The notes: a model not told the origin generated them from the letters alone. A stretch of DNA of 64,000 nucleotides from Eledone cirrhosa (GCA_964016885.1 OZ024743.1:122884001-122948000); one strand, 5' to 3'. Counted from the first letter of the stretch, positions 28,801 to 41,453 are shown. Numbers and translations: made by a program.

Positions 28801-29015
28801 ATAGTAGAACACCGCTGGGTTATTTCCGTAGTAGTAAAGCACTCAGTCCACGGAACGAGTTTGGTAGAAGTCGTTCTACAGCTGTTAGTTCACCATTACT
28901 GAGAACATTTGTTTCACCTTATTCGGATCATCAGTCGGACTTTTTTAGACCGAGCAGATGATCCGAATAAGGTAAAATAATTGTTCTCGGTAATGGTGAA
29001 CTAACTGTTGTGGAA
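28801..29015. mobile_element. Head-to-head pair of Penelope-like pseudo-LTR fragments, each with an HHR motif
   Basis: Minus: CTGATGA-TCCGAATAAGGT-GAAAC-AAAT-GTT-CTCAG. Plus: ACCGAG-CAGATGA-TCCGAATAAGGT-AAAAT-AATT-GTT-CTCGGT. Flanks are similar to 44880-44997. Confidence 0.8.
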
Positions 29016-29120
29016 CTACTTATATATATATACGTATATATATGTGTGTACGTGTGTGTGTGTGTGTGTGTGTGTGTATACTAAATTACGAACTACAGAA
29101 GTAATATATATATATATACA

Positions 29121-29192
<72 letters not shown>

Positions 29193-29365
29193 GTTTGTAT
29201 AATATATTTCAGATGCCGCCATTCCATGTATTTTGTTTACTTATATATTCTTGTATTAATTAACTTTTAATTATTTATTGAGCTCTATCAGTGAATAATA
29301 CATACTTTTTGTATGAAATTAGATGTATACTGTGAAGCAATTGTATATCCATTATTATCTAGATA

Positions 29366-29435
29366 CGGGGTCGATAAAATAAAGTACCAGCAATGCACTG
29401 GGTAATTGCTGGCCTTGTGCCAAAAAGAAGAAACA
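29366..29435 (+). mobile_element. 5'-truncated SINE with 15-bp TSD
   Basis: ATTATTATCTAGATA at 29351-29365 and 29436-29450. Confidence 0.9.
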
Positions 29436-29736
29436 ATTATTATCTAGATATGTATAGACATATGCTCAGAGCATAGTGAGCTGGATCCGAAGCCTATTTC
29501 TTTTAGCTCTAATGACCCTGCCAATTCGCCACCTTAATATCAATTATAAACTTCTAAATTTCCAGTCAGAATTTGGCGTGGTTTTGAACCAATCAAATAA
29601 TTAATAAAAACTATATCGACCTATTTCGATACATAGGTAGGTCTGAAAATTTTAAAGATTCAATGTCAACGCATAATTACATACATATATATATATACAT
29701 ACACATACATTCATACATACGTACATACATACGTAC

Positions 29737-30250
29737 ATGGTGGCTGCCAACTCGTTTTCGAGTACGGCCACTACTTTATATCCATGTAGGAGAACCCCTA
29801 CCGATGCACTGAACGAGTGTGACTTTTTAGTCCAGCCAGCGACTTGAAAACTCTGGTACAAACACGACACCTGTGACATTTATTGACACATAGTGCTGGG
29901 CCCATGGTACCATGTGACGACAAGTGCAGAGAGATCTCCAGATATAAAGCAATGCCTGTGCCGTGAAGCTTTTATAGTGAGCAAAGGCACTGCACAAAGC
30001 CAGTCCCACTCTCTTAACCAAGATGATATTTACCAAAAAGAAGAACAAGTCAACATCATTGGATACCATGAGGGTTGCAGGTGTTATATCAGAGTTTTCC
30101 TTCTCCTAGAATTCTGCCTTGACAACGGCTAAGGGGTCATCTCTCCCGGTGATTTTGGATGGCCATTGGCTCTTAAGAGTTCCTTTACCCTTTGACAGAT
30201 TTTGTTCTTAGTCCTGCAGGATGTCCAAAGTCACCCTCCTCACCAAGAAA
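29737..30250 (-). mobile_element. Truncated copy of the 9838-10445 element between (CATA)n tracts
   Basis: Reverse-complement near-identity; the same spurious ORFs appear at both loci. Confidence 0.9.
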
Positions 30251-30569
30251 CATACATACATACATACATGCATGCATATGCAGACACGCAAGGACATATA
30301 CACATATGTGAGTGTGTATTTATGTACATACTAAAGTAGATTTGATATTTTATGATAAAAATGTAACTTCAAATGTAAATTGGATTGAATTCTCTAATAT
30401 TCAATGAATTTAATATAATGGAAATGCGTAGTACTTTTTTTCCTTTCTTTTTATGTGTTGATGATATATTGGCCATATATTGCTGCGAGAAACAATTGCT
30501 AATTAATGTAACACACACACACGCACGCACACACACACACACACACGCACACACACACGCACGCACGCA

Positions 30570-30621
<52 letters not shown>

Positions 30622-32463
30622 AACACTCCACATTTTGAAAGCTCTACACAATCTCTCATTCATGTTCTTTTGCACTTTTTTTTCCCATTTCATCCTCGCC
30701 TTCTCATTCACTCTCTCACTCTCGCCCACTCTCTCTTTCTCTGTCACTCACTCTTTTTCTCACTCTCCCCCACTCTCTTACTTTCTCTACCTGTTTTACT
30801 TTCTCTCTCACTTTCTTTACCTGTTTCACTTTCTCACTGTTATGATATCACTCTCCATTCCTAGGGTCTCTTTCTATCAGTGTTAGGTTGTAAACATATC
30901 CTTCTCACAGTTTTCTTCTATTAACATTCCAAACTCTCCTATTCTAATATGTTTTGTTTTTCATTCCACACCTTTTCTTTTTTTCCTTTTCACTTTTTTG
31001 ATAATTTACATTTTCAGTTAATATTTTCGTCATATGGAAACAAGCCTTTTCTGTCAAAGAATACATAAATTTGTAACCTGCTGCTGCTATAATAAATCAC
31101 TCCCTCTTTTGCACATTCTTATTATTTTCATATGCATCCCCGTCATCTACTTTTGCAAAACAACAACTATAAACTCGTCTGATAATGTTAATATTAAAAT
31201 CATTTACACCCTTACAACTAAAACCAAAACGATGCATGTCCACCATCACCACTTCAACCGCTATGGTTTTTATTACCAGCACTACCACCACTTGAACCAT
31301 TACTGTCACTACTATAACTAACAACACTGGGACTATCCATTATGACTATTATTATCACTTCAACCGCTACAATCTATACTAAACATCTCTGAATTTACTA
31401 CTACAACCAGCACCATCACACTACTTCCTTCATCATAAATAAACCAATGAATTATTTAAAAAGTAAAATATTAGTAAAACAATAGAAGAAACTAATTACT
31501 ATAATAATACAATATCAAGATCTAAATTAAAATCCGTCATTGCAAGCAATGCAACAATTTACCCATGATAAATTGTTATATGTAACATATTCAGTTAGGA
31601 TATACATATTGTACATCCCCGAGGCAACTAGATGAGATGAGTGATAATAAGGAAGCGTTGAAATTAAATAAATAATAAATAATGATGATAATGATCTATT
31701 AATTAGGTTTGAAACCTAATTACAGGCAAAGAGCAGCATCAAGTAAAATATTTTTGCTTCCAACCAACAATAACCAACAATAAACGATGATGATTATTTT
31801 GAAAATTACTGGATTGTTTTTGAAACACCCCCAGACATCATCACAAATACCACGAAACAGCTACATCGTCTTTTTTCCCTTCATTAGATTCAGCTTACGT
31901 TGGCAAATCATCTCAGTTTTGAAGACAAATATGAGTTTCATTTGATAATAGAAACTGTGTCATCTTTTGCAAATATTATTTCTAATATCAGCTCGATTTT
32001 TTTATATGTTTGGGGATGAAGGGAAGTGAATTGGCTGGATGCTTTGTTTTGATATTTATAAATGCGGGGTCGCTACATTTGAACGAGCAATATATAAGAG
32101 TCGAGTTAACCGACTCGTATTCAGTCCTGAAAATGTATGACCATAAACTAGTGTAAGAATTCAGACATTCGTAGTTAACCAATATATAATTAGTAACGTT
32201 TTTATCCACTATTCCAATGGTATCTGTTTAAAAATAAAGCTTCACAGTCCATTATTATGTACATATCCAAGAATATGAGTGATCGAAAGGGCAGTGTAAA
32301 TGTAAATACCAAAAGATTTGTTTTAATTTTTATGATGAGATCTAATATCTTCAATATGTCAATGGCACGACTCAAAGTGCAATGATACGCGCGCGTACAC
32401 ACACACACATACACACACACATATATATATATATACACGCACACAAACTCACACACATACTTG

Positions 32464-32517
<54 letters not shown>

Positions 32518-32546
32518 TCAACACGTATGTGTGTGAGTTTGTGTGC

Positions 32547-32608
<62 letters not shown>

Positions 32609-33454
32609 TTATATGAGATTAGAGAAAGAAAAGGAGTGAAGGAGGACCTTCTACAATACTAATCGTGTTGCTGCAGGCAACCTTGAAACGTCAATTTCTC
32701 ACATTTCACGGGCAGCACAGACTGCTGAGCTCACCATTTTAACGATGGTGACTTAATCATCCTGTAAATCACGATCCATCAATATAATGCATCCCCTATT
32801 GTTTGTAACAGGATTGCCATTGTTGATCGCCGGTTACTTATCCCTACTCAACACCGTTAACACACATGCACGCGCATACCCACGCATGCGCATACATGCA
32901 CACAAGATTCAGAGACATCGATGCACGAATGCATTATATATATATATAGTTCATTTATGTTATTTCTAAAGTATTCGTATACGATTTCTGTCTGTCAACA
33001 TAAAATTGACAACATGTCAAGTACAATTTCTGTAGCTTGAGTTTGATGTAGATGTACAGTCACGTAATAAAATGTCGAATAATATATATTACAGCGTGTT
33101 AACAAAGACTGTGAATGTTATGCTTCTCCTAAGTAACTGGTTGTGACCTATGTAGTAGGTTCCGTTAATTCCCTTCGATGAGACTTGTGTTCAGTGGGGA
33201 ATCAGAAGCAAGTGATTACTAGGAAACAGTAAAACAGATTTATTTCGAACAACTATATCTAAGATGTGACAGGAACTAAATGACTCTTTCAGGTGTACCT
33301 ATATTTCTACCGCGTCATTTAATGGAGGTTTATCACCCGTTGTCATTGATGGATCGTATTTGCGCTAGATAGATGTCCGTTGCATGAACACACACACACA
33401 CACACACACACTCATTCACACACATATATATATATACATACATATGTATATATG

Positions 33455-33491
<37 letters not shown>

Positions 33492-33507
33492 ATATACTAT
33501 ATATATA

Positions 33508-33580
<73 letters not shown>

Positions 33581-33625
33581 TACATATATACATATGTATG
33601 TATATATATATATATGTGTGTGAAT

Positions 33626-33656
<31 letters not shown>

Positions 33657-33852
33657 CATGTGCGTATGTCTGTGTGTGTGTATCCATAGCGAAAGGTTAG
33701 TTGAGATTCATCCTCTTTACGAGTACACACACACTCACACATTCATACAAACCTCCACGCTCTTACACATACAATTGAGTGCGCATGCGCACATATATAC
33801 ACGTAAATCTTGGTAGTAGGGAGTAAGAACATTACACGATGAGTACCTATAT

Positions 33853-33903
<51 letters not shown>

Positions 33904-35690
33904 GAAATCTAGGTAGAATATATCTGGTAAGATAAAAATAAGGTAAATGTTTTTAGTTTATGGGATCTGTAGTCTTAGTATGTTTCTAAATCTGAAAAGC
34001 AAATTCATTTATCCTGTAAACGAACTTAGAGGATATGAATTTCAACCATGCATTATTGACATTTCTAGAACACATTTTCCTTTCTTTTAATGAAGAAGGA
34101 GTACATCCTGCAGTGGATTATATATGGTTAATGATAATTGCTCTGCCCTGTATGAGAATCGTAGATAGTCCAATGGAGATTGCACTGTAATACCAGTGAT
34201 CCCATCTGAAATATCGGTGGTCCATATCATTTTATTAGCACGACGAAAAATCTACCCTTTTGATGTAGATACCTCAAATCTCCATTATTTGCTGACATAA
34301 CTGTCTTTCTCTAGGTATGTTACAAAGCGAAATCTGGAATCTAAGGATACATACAATTCCCAGATGGGTTACGCCATTCATAAAATATAGAAGGAATAAA
34401 ATTCCTTAGAAATCGAGAAGGCTTAACTTTAATTAGATACAATTCCTTTCGGATAGGTCATCAATCTATGAGAAATTTTATTGGAAATCTGTTAAATGTT
34501 CTTAACAGTACGAATATAGATTCAGTGAATTGCTTGCAGCAGATATGAACTCAAATCAAATGATTCGGTAAATTACCGTATCCATTCGTCCATTTCGACA
34601 CACCGACTACATATAAGTGTGGTAGAATGTCTTTTCATTCAAGTCTTTAATTTCCATGTAATACATCCACTAGATCTAACATACATGCTAAAGATTTCGA
34701 TAATACTAAAGTATAAATTACATTTAAATCACACCAGCTTTATTTTATCGTGCAGATTCTCATAAACACATCTGAAATAAACGACTTTGCTGATCGATAA
34801 TAGCGGAAAATGACACCCTAGGATCCGATTCACAAGTACAATTCCCCAAATCCCCCTCCGGTAGTTATCACGATTTTGCGAAAACAATATTCTTTGCTAA
34901 TTAGGTAAACATAGTTCGTTCTGTGGATAATTAGGAAAATATTCAGGAATTAAGAAAACAATATGCTTGTAAGCAAGTAGCTCTCTTGTTAATAGTTAAA
35001 CAAATTTTCTACTTATTATTCAAACGGATTCTATTTCCAGCTTTGGAAAATGCTACAAATCAATGACATATCACTTTCATAGAAGTATCGGTGAAAATAC
35101 GTTGTACATCTATGTATATGACTATATGTGTATGTGCCTGTCATTATTTGGTGCGTGTGTGTTTATACATGTGATTTCGAATATAAATGTACTTGTGGAG
35201 ATTAGTATGAATGTTATTGAAAAATATATGACACTGAATGTGTTTCTGTATGTAATGAATTTGAAAGGGTATATTTCAGAAGTAATTTATACACAGATGT
35301 CCATATGTGTAAATGTGATAGTCAACGATTCAGTGAATGCTTGTATATATGTAATAGCATACGCATCTACATTTATCTGTCACAAAGTTTTTGAATATGA
35401 TGAATATGTATGTTAATATGTATATTCATATGAAAGTTTGGATCATGTAAAGTTAAACGTGTGCTCATATTAATATATATTTGTGTACTCACATATGCAT
35501 GCATATATATAACATTTCATATAGCGTCGACGTTTACAGATTGTCAATGGATGAAATATTGCTTGAATGCAATTTTGACGGCGCTAGTGTTTGTCAATAG
35601 GTGCAGATCATTACTTAAGGAAATTATAATTTCTTTCAATTTCTCTTATGATGTTTTGCATCCTTCACCGATATATTTCAGCACAACAAT

Positions 35691-35723
<33 letters not shown>

Positions 35724-35806
35724 CATCGAGTGCTAAAGCTACGTTCCGAATTTGCATTCGTTAGCTTAGCCGCAGCCTAAAGCTTTGTTAAGGCTGTACT
35801 AAAATT

Positions 35807-35872
<66 letters not shown>

Positions 35873-35876
<4 letters not shown>

Positions 35877-36240
35877 AACAAGTAAGACCCCGACGGCTGA
35901 GCTCAAGCCGTTTCGACGGCTAATTCTGTACCGAATTAGCCCGTCGAAACGGCTTGAGCTCAGCCGTCGGGGTCTTACTTGTTCCTATTACCCACTCTAC
36001 TACCCTAAGTATTGAGTACTTTGGTGCGTTATGGTCCACCTGGTTCCTTACCACATTTCCTTCGTTATCTAGCTCCTATCCCCGTAGTAGAGCACTTTCC
36101 GACCAGTACAGAATTAGCCGTCGAAACGGCTTGAGCTCAGCCGTCGGGGTCTTACTTGTTCTTATTACCCACTCTACTACCCTAAGTATTGAGTACTTTG
36201 GTGCGTTATGGTTCACCTGGTTCCTTACCACATTTCCTTC

Positions 36241-36245
<5 letters not shown>
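35873..36245. mobile_element. Palindromic and tandem (177-bp period) repeat carrying a hammerhead 3' half; probable PLE terminal repeat
   Basis: GAAA-CGGCTtgagctcAGCCG-TC-GGGGTC at 35946 and 36123; 115-bp palindrome at 35873-35987; relatives at 45050-45081, 48882-48968 and 57894-58060. Confidence 0.7.
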
Positions 36246-36333
<88 letters not shown>

Positions 36334-36339
<6 letters not shown>

Positions 36340-36400
36340 ATGCTTTGGGAGGGTCATGTTGCCAATAAAGAATCTTGCTAAACAAATTCAGAAACGAAAT
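36334..36400 (+). repeat. (TA)n-embedded dispersed repeat; copies at 51254-51405 and 62836-62922
   Basis: TGTTAT.CTTTGGGAGGGTCATGTTGCCAATAA...GAATCTTGCTAAACAAATTCAGAAACGAAA. Confidence 0.9.
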
Positions 36401-36528
36401 ATATATATATATATATATACATATACGCACGTATATATGCATATACGCACGTATATATGCATATATGTAATATATATACTGAAAAGATAAAAAGGACGAT
36501 TGGTTACTCCTTCAATACATTTAATGGT

Positions 36529-36560
36529 TGGTGACGCGCGTTTCGCCACTGATCAGCTCA
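36529..36560 (-). ncRNA. Partial/degenerate minimal hammerhead motif
   Basis: Minus strand CTGATCA-GTGGC-GAAAC-GCGC-GTC-ACC. Palindromic loop III and GTC are typical, but the core is non-canonical and no stem I partner is present. Confidence 0.5.
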
Positions 36561-36628
36561 AGCTTCGATTTGTATCGATCTTACACGGCTCTGTAATCTG
36601 CGGCTCGTCGTACCCCTTGTACTCCTGG

Positions 36629-36685
<57 letters not shown>

Positions 36686-36690
<5 letters not shown>

Positions 36691-36792
36691 CTGATGAAAC
36701 AATAACATTGAAATATTGAATGTCTGCATAACTAAAAGTTTGTAGATAGCTGTTTTAGGTTATGTAACTGTTATAGAAACACGTGTCAATAA
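36686..36792 (+). ncRNA. Type I hammerhead candidate with a 78-nt stem II region
   Basis: TTATT-CTGATGA-[78 nt]-GAAAC-ACGT-GTC-AATAA: canonical core, 5-bp stem I, palindromic loop III. Confidence 0.65.
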
Positions 36793-36824
36793 ATTCCTTT
36801 CAACTAAACTGTATCCATTCAAAT

Positions 36825-37008
<184 letters not shown>

Positions 37009-37196
37009 AGTAGTGTCTACTAGCATTACAAGTAGCGAAACAATTGTAAACGGACATTATTATTATTAATATTATTATTATTATTATTCTCTACATTCCT
37101 TACATCAAACTAAAATATGTTGACAATATTTTAATAATGTCTTCCTTGTGAAATTTGTTGTCTTGTTTTGCTTAACTAATGAATATATATATATTA

Positions 37197-37264
<68 letters not shown>

Positions 37265-37324
37265 GTGTGTGTGCGTGTGTGTGTCCGTCCGTGTCTATGT
37301 GTCCGTGTGTGGGAGTTTCTCGCC

Positions 37325-37472
37325 GTTGCCATCAACATATTCCACTCTCAATCAATGTATTGGTCAACAAATTGCTATTGTAGAAAAGCACTTGCCGGAA
37401 GTGTTGCGCTATCGGACTGTACACGGCACCTTGTCGTTATGAAGCAGACGTCTTAAAGCACACTATCATGCC
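37325..37472 (-). mobile_element. Old CORE-type SINE fragment; relative at 40089-40232
   Basis: Shared degenerate CCACTC.CAA...TTGGTC...TA.TAGAA..CACTTGCC...GGACTG pattern. Confidence 0.55.
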
Positions 37473-37496
37473 ATCAGCTACACACATACACATAAT

Positions 37497-37690
37497 TGTT
37501 TCTTATATAGGCACAAGGCCAGCAATTACCCAATACATTACTGGTACTTTATTTTATCGACTCCGTAAGGATGAAAGGCAATTTTAACCTCGGCGGGATT
37601 TGAACTCCTTTGAAGTCCGTAAAGGGCCGTAACTCTTTGCTGCAAAGCATGGCGTCAGAACCTCTACCGATACTGCCAATCCACCGCCCT
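37497..37690 (-). mobile_element. SINE, main family, full length
   Basis: All motifs on the minus strand; imperfect TSD ACACATACAC(A)..AAT on both sides. Confidence 0.9.
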
Positions 37691-38166
37691 TACACACATA
37701 CACACAATGATATGGACACTTACATACTCACATATAGAAAAAGGAAATGAGAAAGGACAAATAATTTCTGTACAGATAGGAACAGTGATGGAGGCGGGGG
37801 TAATTCCCGTACATTTCAGTTTCTCTAACTGAGCCCCGTGGATGTTATCGCAACCCTTGTTTCTAACCGGATTTTCATCAGGGGATGAAGGCAAAACATA
37901 TTTACATGTACACAAAATTACGAAAAAATCAGAAGAAAAACGTGCAAATGAAAGCTAGAAAGAGCTTGAGACATGGAGAGAGGGTGTAGTGGGAGAGAGA
38001 GAGAGGGTGTGGTGGGAGAGAGAGGGCGTAGCGTGAGAGAGAAAGTGTAGTGGAAGAAAGAGAGAGGGTGTATCTGGAGAGAGAGAGGATGTAGCGGGAG
38101 AGAGAGGGTGTAGCGGGTGTGAGAGGCTGTAGCGGGTGAAAGAGGGTTTAGTGGGAGAGAGAGGGT

Positions 38167-38234
<68 letters not shown>

Positions 38235-38639
38235 GAACGAGGTGGTATGAAGACAGCATGAACGAGAACACCAGAAGAGATTACTTTGGAGACATACTCA
38301 GCTTAAAAGTGAAGTTAATACTATTACATAAAATAGCACAATAAAATCAGTTAATCATTCAGTCATTGTCAGGATTTCATTTTCTTTCTGACAGAATAAT
38401 TATTATTAATTCATTTAAATTTATTATCAATCAGAGATTTCATTTAATAAGCAATGTTTCAAGATATCAATTATCGGCTTTGTATTTTGAAAGTGAAACC
38501 AGATGTCAGTAGAGCAGTGATAAAATTATATGCACATATGGAATTACAGATTTATACTATAAAACCTTCAATACTACTCCGTGAACATGTAATACTATTT
38601 GAATACACAATCAAAGCTCAAAAGTACGTCTACAAATAT

Positions 38640-38765
38640 GCTGCTGTTACTACTACTACTACTACTACTACTACTGCTGCTACTACTGCTACTACTACTA
38701 CTACTACTGCTGCTACTGCTACTGCTGCTACTGCTGCTACTACTACTGCTACTACTACTACTAGC
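38640..38765. repeat. (CTA/CTG)n microsatellite
   Basis: Directly visible. Confidence 0.95.
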
Positions 38766-38775
38766 AATAATAAGG

Positions 38776-38950
38776 GTTTCTTTATTGGCCACAAGGCCAG
38801 CAATTACCCAGTACATTACTGGTACTTTATTTTATCGACCCCGTAAGGATGAAAGGCAAAGTTAACCTCGCCTTGGCGGGATTTGAACTCAGGTCATAAA
38901 GGGACGTAACTCTATGCTTCAAAGCATGGTGGCCGACTCTCTACCGATAC
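38776..38950 (-). mobile_element. SINE, main family
   Basis: Reverse complement of head, core and tail. Confidence 0.9.
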
Positions 38951-38959
38951 AGCCATGTA

Positions 38960-39203
38960 TAATGAAACATAGTTGGACATATAAAACGTGAGACCGACAA
39001 ACATGAAGCGTTGAGCGAATTAGAATGTTGAAAGTAGATAAGCTGGAGAGATAATACGGGTAAAACAACCGGCAATAGAGGGTTGCTTCTGCCAGGAACC
39101 GCTGGAAGGGGTCTTTCAGGACCCTGTGAGCGAAGAAGAAGAAGAAGAAGAAGAAGAAGAAGAAGAAGAAGAAGAAGAAGAAGAAGAAGAAGAAGAAGAA
39201 GAA
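38960..39203 (+). mobile_element. Possible RTE-clade LINE 3' end with (GAA)n tail
   Basis: Terminal frame RVASARNRWKGSFRTL* resembles RTE ORF ends (A.xR..WR) and is followed by (GAA)n. Confidence 0.4.
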
Positions 39204-39236
39204 AGTCTATGAAACTGACAGGTTATAGTGTATCAC

Positions 39237-39303
<67 letters not shown>

Positions 39304-39426
39304 AAAAACTAATTGGTTACCTACCAAGCTATGTGTGCTGACATACTTTAGAAATTATTCCCTGCGATTGTTCCATATGTTTATTTTATATATATATATA
39401 TATATGTCAATCTATTTCTAGTTGAT

Positions 39427-39535
<109 letters not shown>

Positions 39536-39691
39536 TACAAACACACACAGAAGCAATAAAGCACACACATGAAATGCACTCTATCTGCACACACGTAACA
39601 TCACCCACTACAGCCCTGGACTCGCCTTCTCTTCCCAGTCATCTTAAAATAAATTTTTTTTTTCGTCTTTCTCTCTCTCTGAATTTTGCTA

Positions 39692-39725
39692 TTTCCTAAA
39701 GAAGGACATGTCCGATACGTTGAAA
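39692..39725 (+). ncRNA. Degenerate minimal hammerhead motif
   Basis: TTTC-CTAAAGA-AGGACatGTCC-GATA-CG-TT-GAAA; two core substitutions relative to CTGAAGA/GAAA, stems I and II intact. Confidence 0.45.
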
Positions 39726-39884
39726 CCCTTATTTCTTCCCGAGCGTGGACCTAATAAGACTGTGCTTTTTAAATGCTGATCGAGACAAGAAGAGAAGGGA
39801 GGAGACAGGTAGGTTCGATGGGTGGGGTTGGTGTCTCTGGTAATCAGTGTGATAGGGTTGCTATCCATATAGCTTGAGGAAATC

Positions 39885-40029
39885 CCCGTCCTTAGATGTC
39901 ACCATGCACCCAAGAAATCTCAGCGATTGATTAAATTTATTCCACCACTGAGTATTTTGAGGGTCTCACTCAGACAAAGGATACAAATGCCAGACCCACC
40001 AAAGTGTACGGGGTCTTATCTAGCTTGAG

Positions 40030-40030
<1 letters not shown>
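39885..40030 (-). pseudogene. Degenerate Naiad-type GIY-YIG C-terminus
   Basis: GICILCLSETLKILSGGINLINR*DFLGAW*H parallels CGLCIDERINIL...LNTRNELFTRCPH of the 44-kb element. Confidence 0.55.
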
Positions 40031-40089
<59 letters not shown>

Positions 40090-40408
40090 ATAAGATTCCT
40101 TACAGTTTCTATTTACCAAATTTTACTCTCAAGGTATTGGGAAAATTGAGATTATAGTAGAAATTAATTTCTCTAATGTGCCTCGCAATGGGACTGAAAT
40201 CGAAGCCACATTGTTGCGAAGTGAACATTTTAATTTAATCCCGCAATCACTTCCTCTTATGCATTGCTGTCTGTTAATTAAAAGAAAACTATTTATACTA
40301 TTACACATTTGCAAAGGCTGTTTGTGCGTGTGTGTGTGAAATAGATAGAGAGGGAGAGAGAGGGGGGGGGTAGATAGATAGATAGAGAGAGAGAATATGT
40401 GTGTATGT

Positions 40409-40492
<84 letters not shown>

Positions 40493-41149
40493 ATTCACAA
40501 CTGCAGAAATCTGTAATACATTCAGGAAAATTAGGTAGTATTATTTCCTTTAACATATCAAAATATTTAACATTCAAGTAAACGACCATGATCTTAATGT
40601 AATAATACTTAGCTACTATTTAACTTACATCTAGTCTCTGTTTGAAACGCTGAATGCTACCCTAATGATAGATTCAATCTCACAAATATGTTATGTCCTC
40701 ATATTTTTACTATGCTATATTGTTTACTTTCTTATGTTTTCTTCCCTCAGGCTTATGAAATAAATTCACATGAGACCATGAGAGCTGTTCTTTAAATATG
40801 TCTACGATAAATGGTAAACTGGGGCAGTTAACTAAATTCTGAATCAATAACACAGTAGGGTATTGAAACAGTATTTCCTTTCCTACTTTTTGTTTACACA
40901 CCGCTGAGTTTTCCACATTCTTCTTGTAGTGTTTGGAAATAATAGTTCTTTGTTTGTTTGTTTTCTGTGTGACTCTGGACACCAAAGTTGAGGTTGCGCT
41001 TTAGAATTTGCGTTCCTAACAAATGTCATTCTCTGGATGAATTGTTTAACACAAAAGTGGACGGTGTTTAAGCGGTCAACCATACGGCGGAGCGATCTCA
41101 CTCAACCAAGAGACTACGTTTGCTTTTTCAAAGACAATGATGCAGTCAT

Positions 41150-41199
41150 CCTTATCGTCGACGTCGTCGTCGCCGTCGTCGTCGTCATTATCGTCGCCG

Positions 41200-41253
<54 letters not shown>

Positions 41254-41419
41254 CCGTCGTCGTCGTAGTCGTTCCCCTCCTCCTCCACCCCCATCCTCCT
41301 CCTCCTCATCATCATCATCATTCATCACCACCACCACCACCAACACCACCATCACCATCACCATCGTCATCACCATCATCATCACCACCACCACCACCAG
41401 CAACATCACCACCACCACC

Positions 41420-41453
<34 letters not shown>

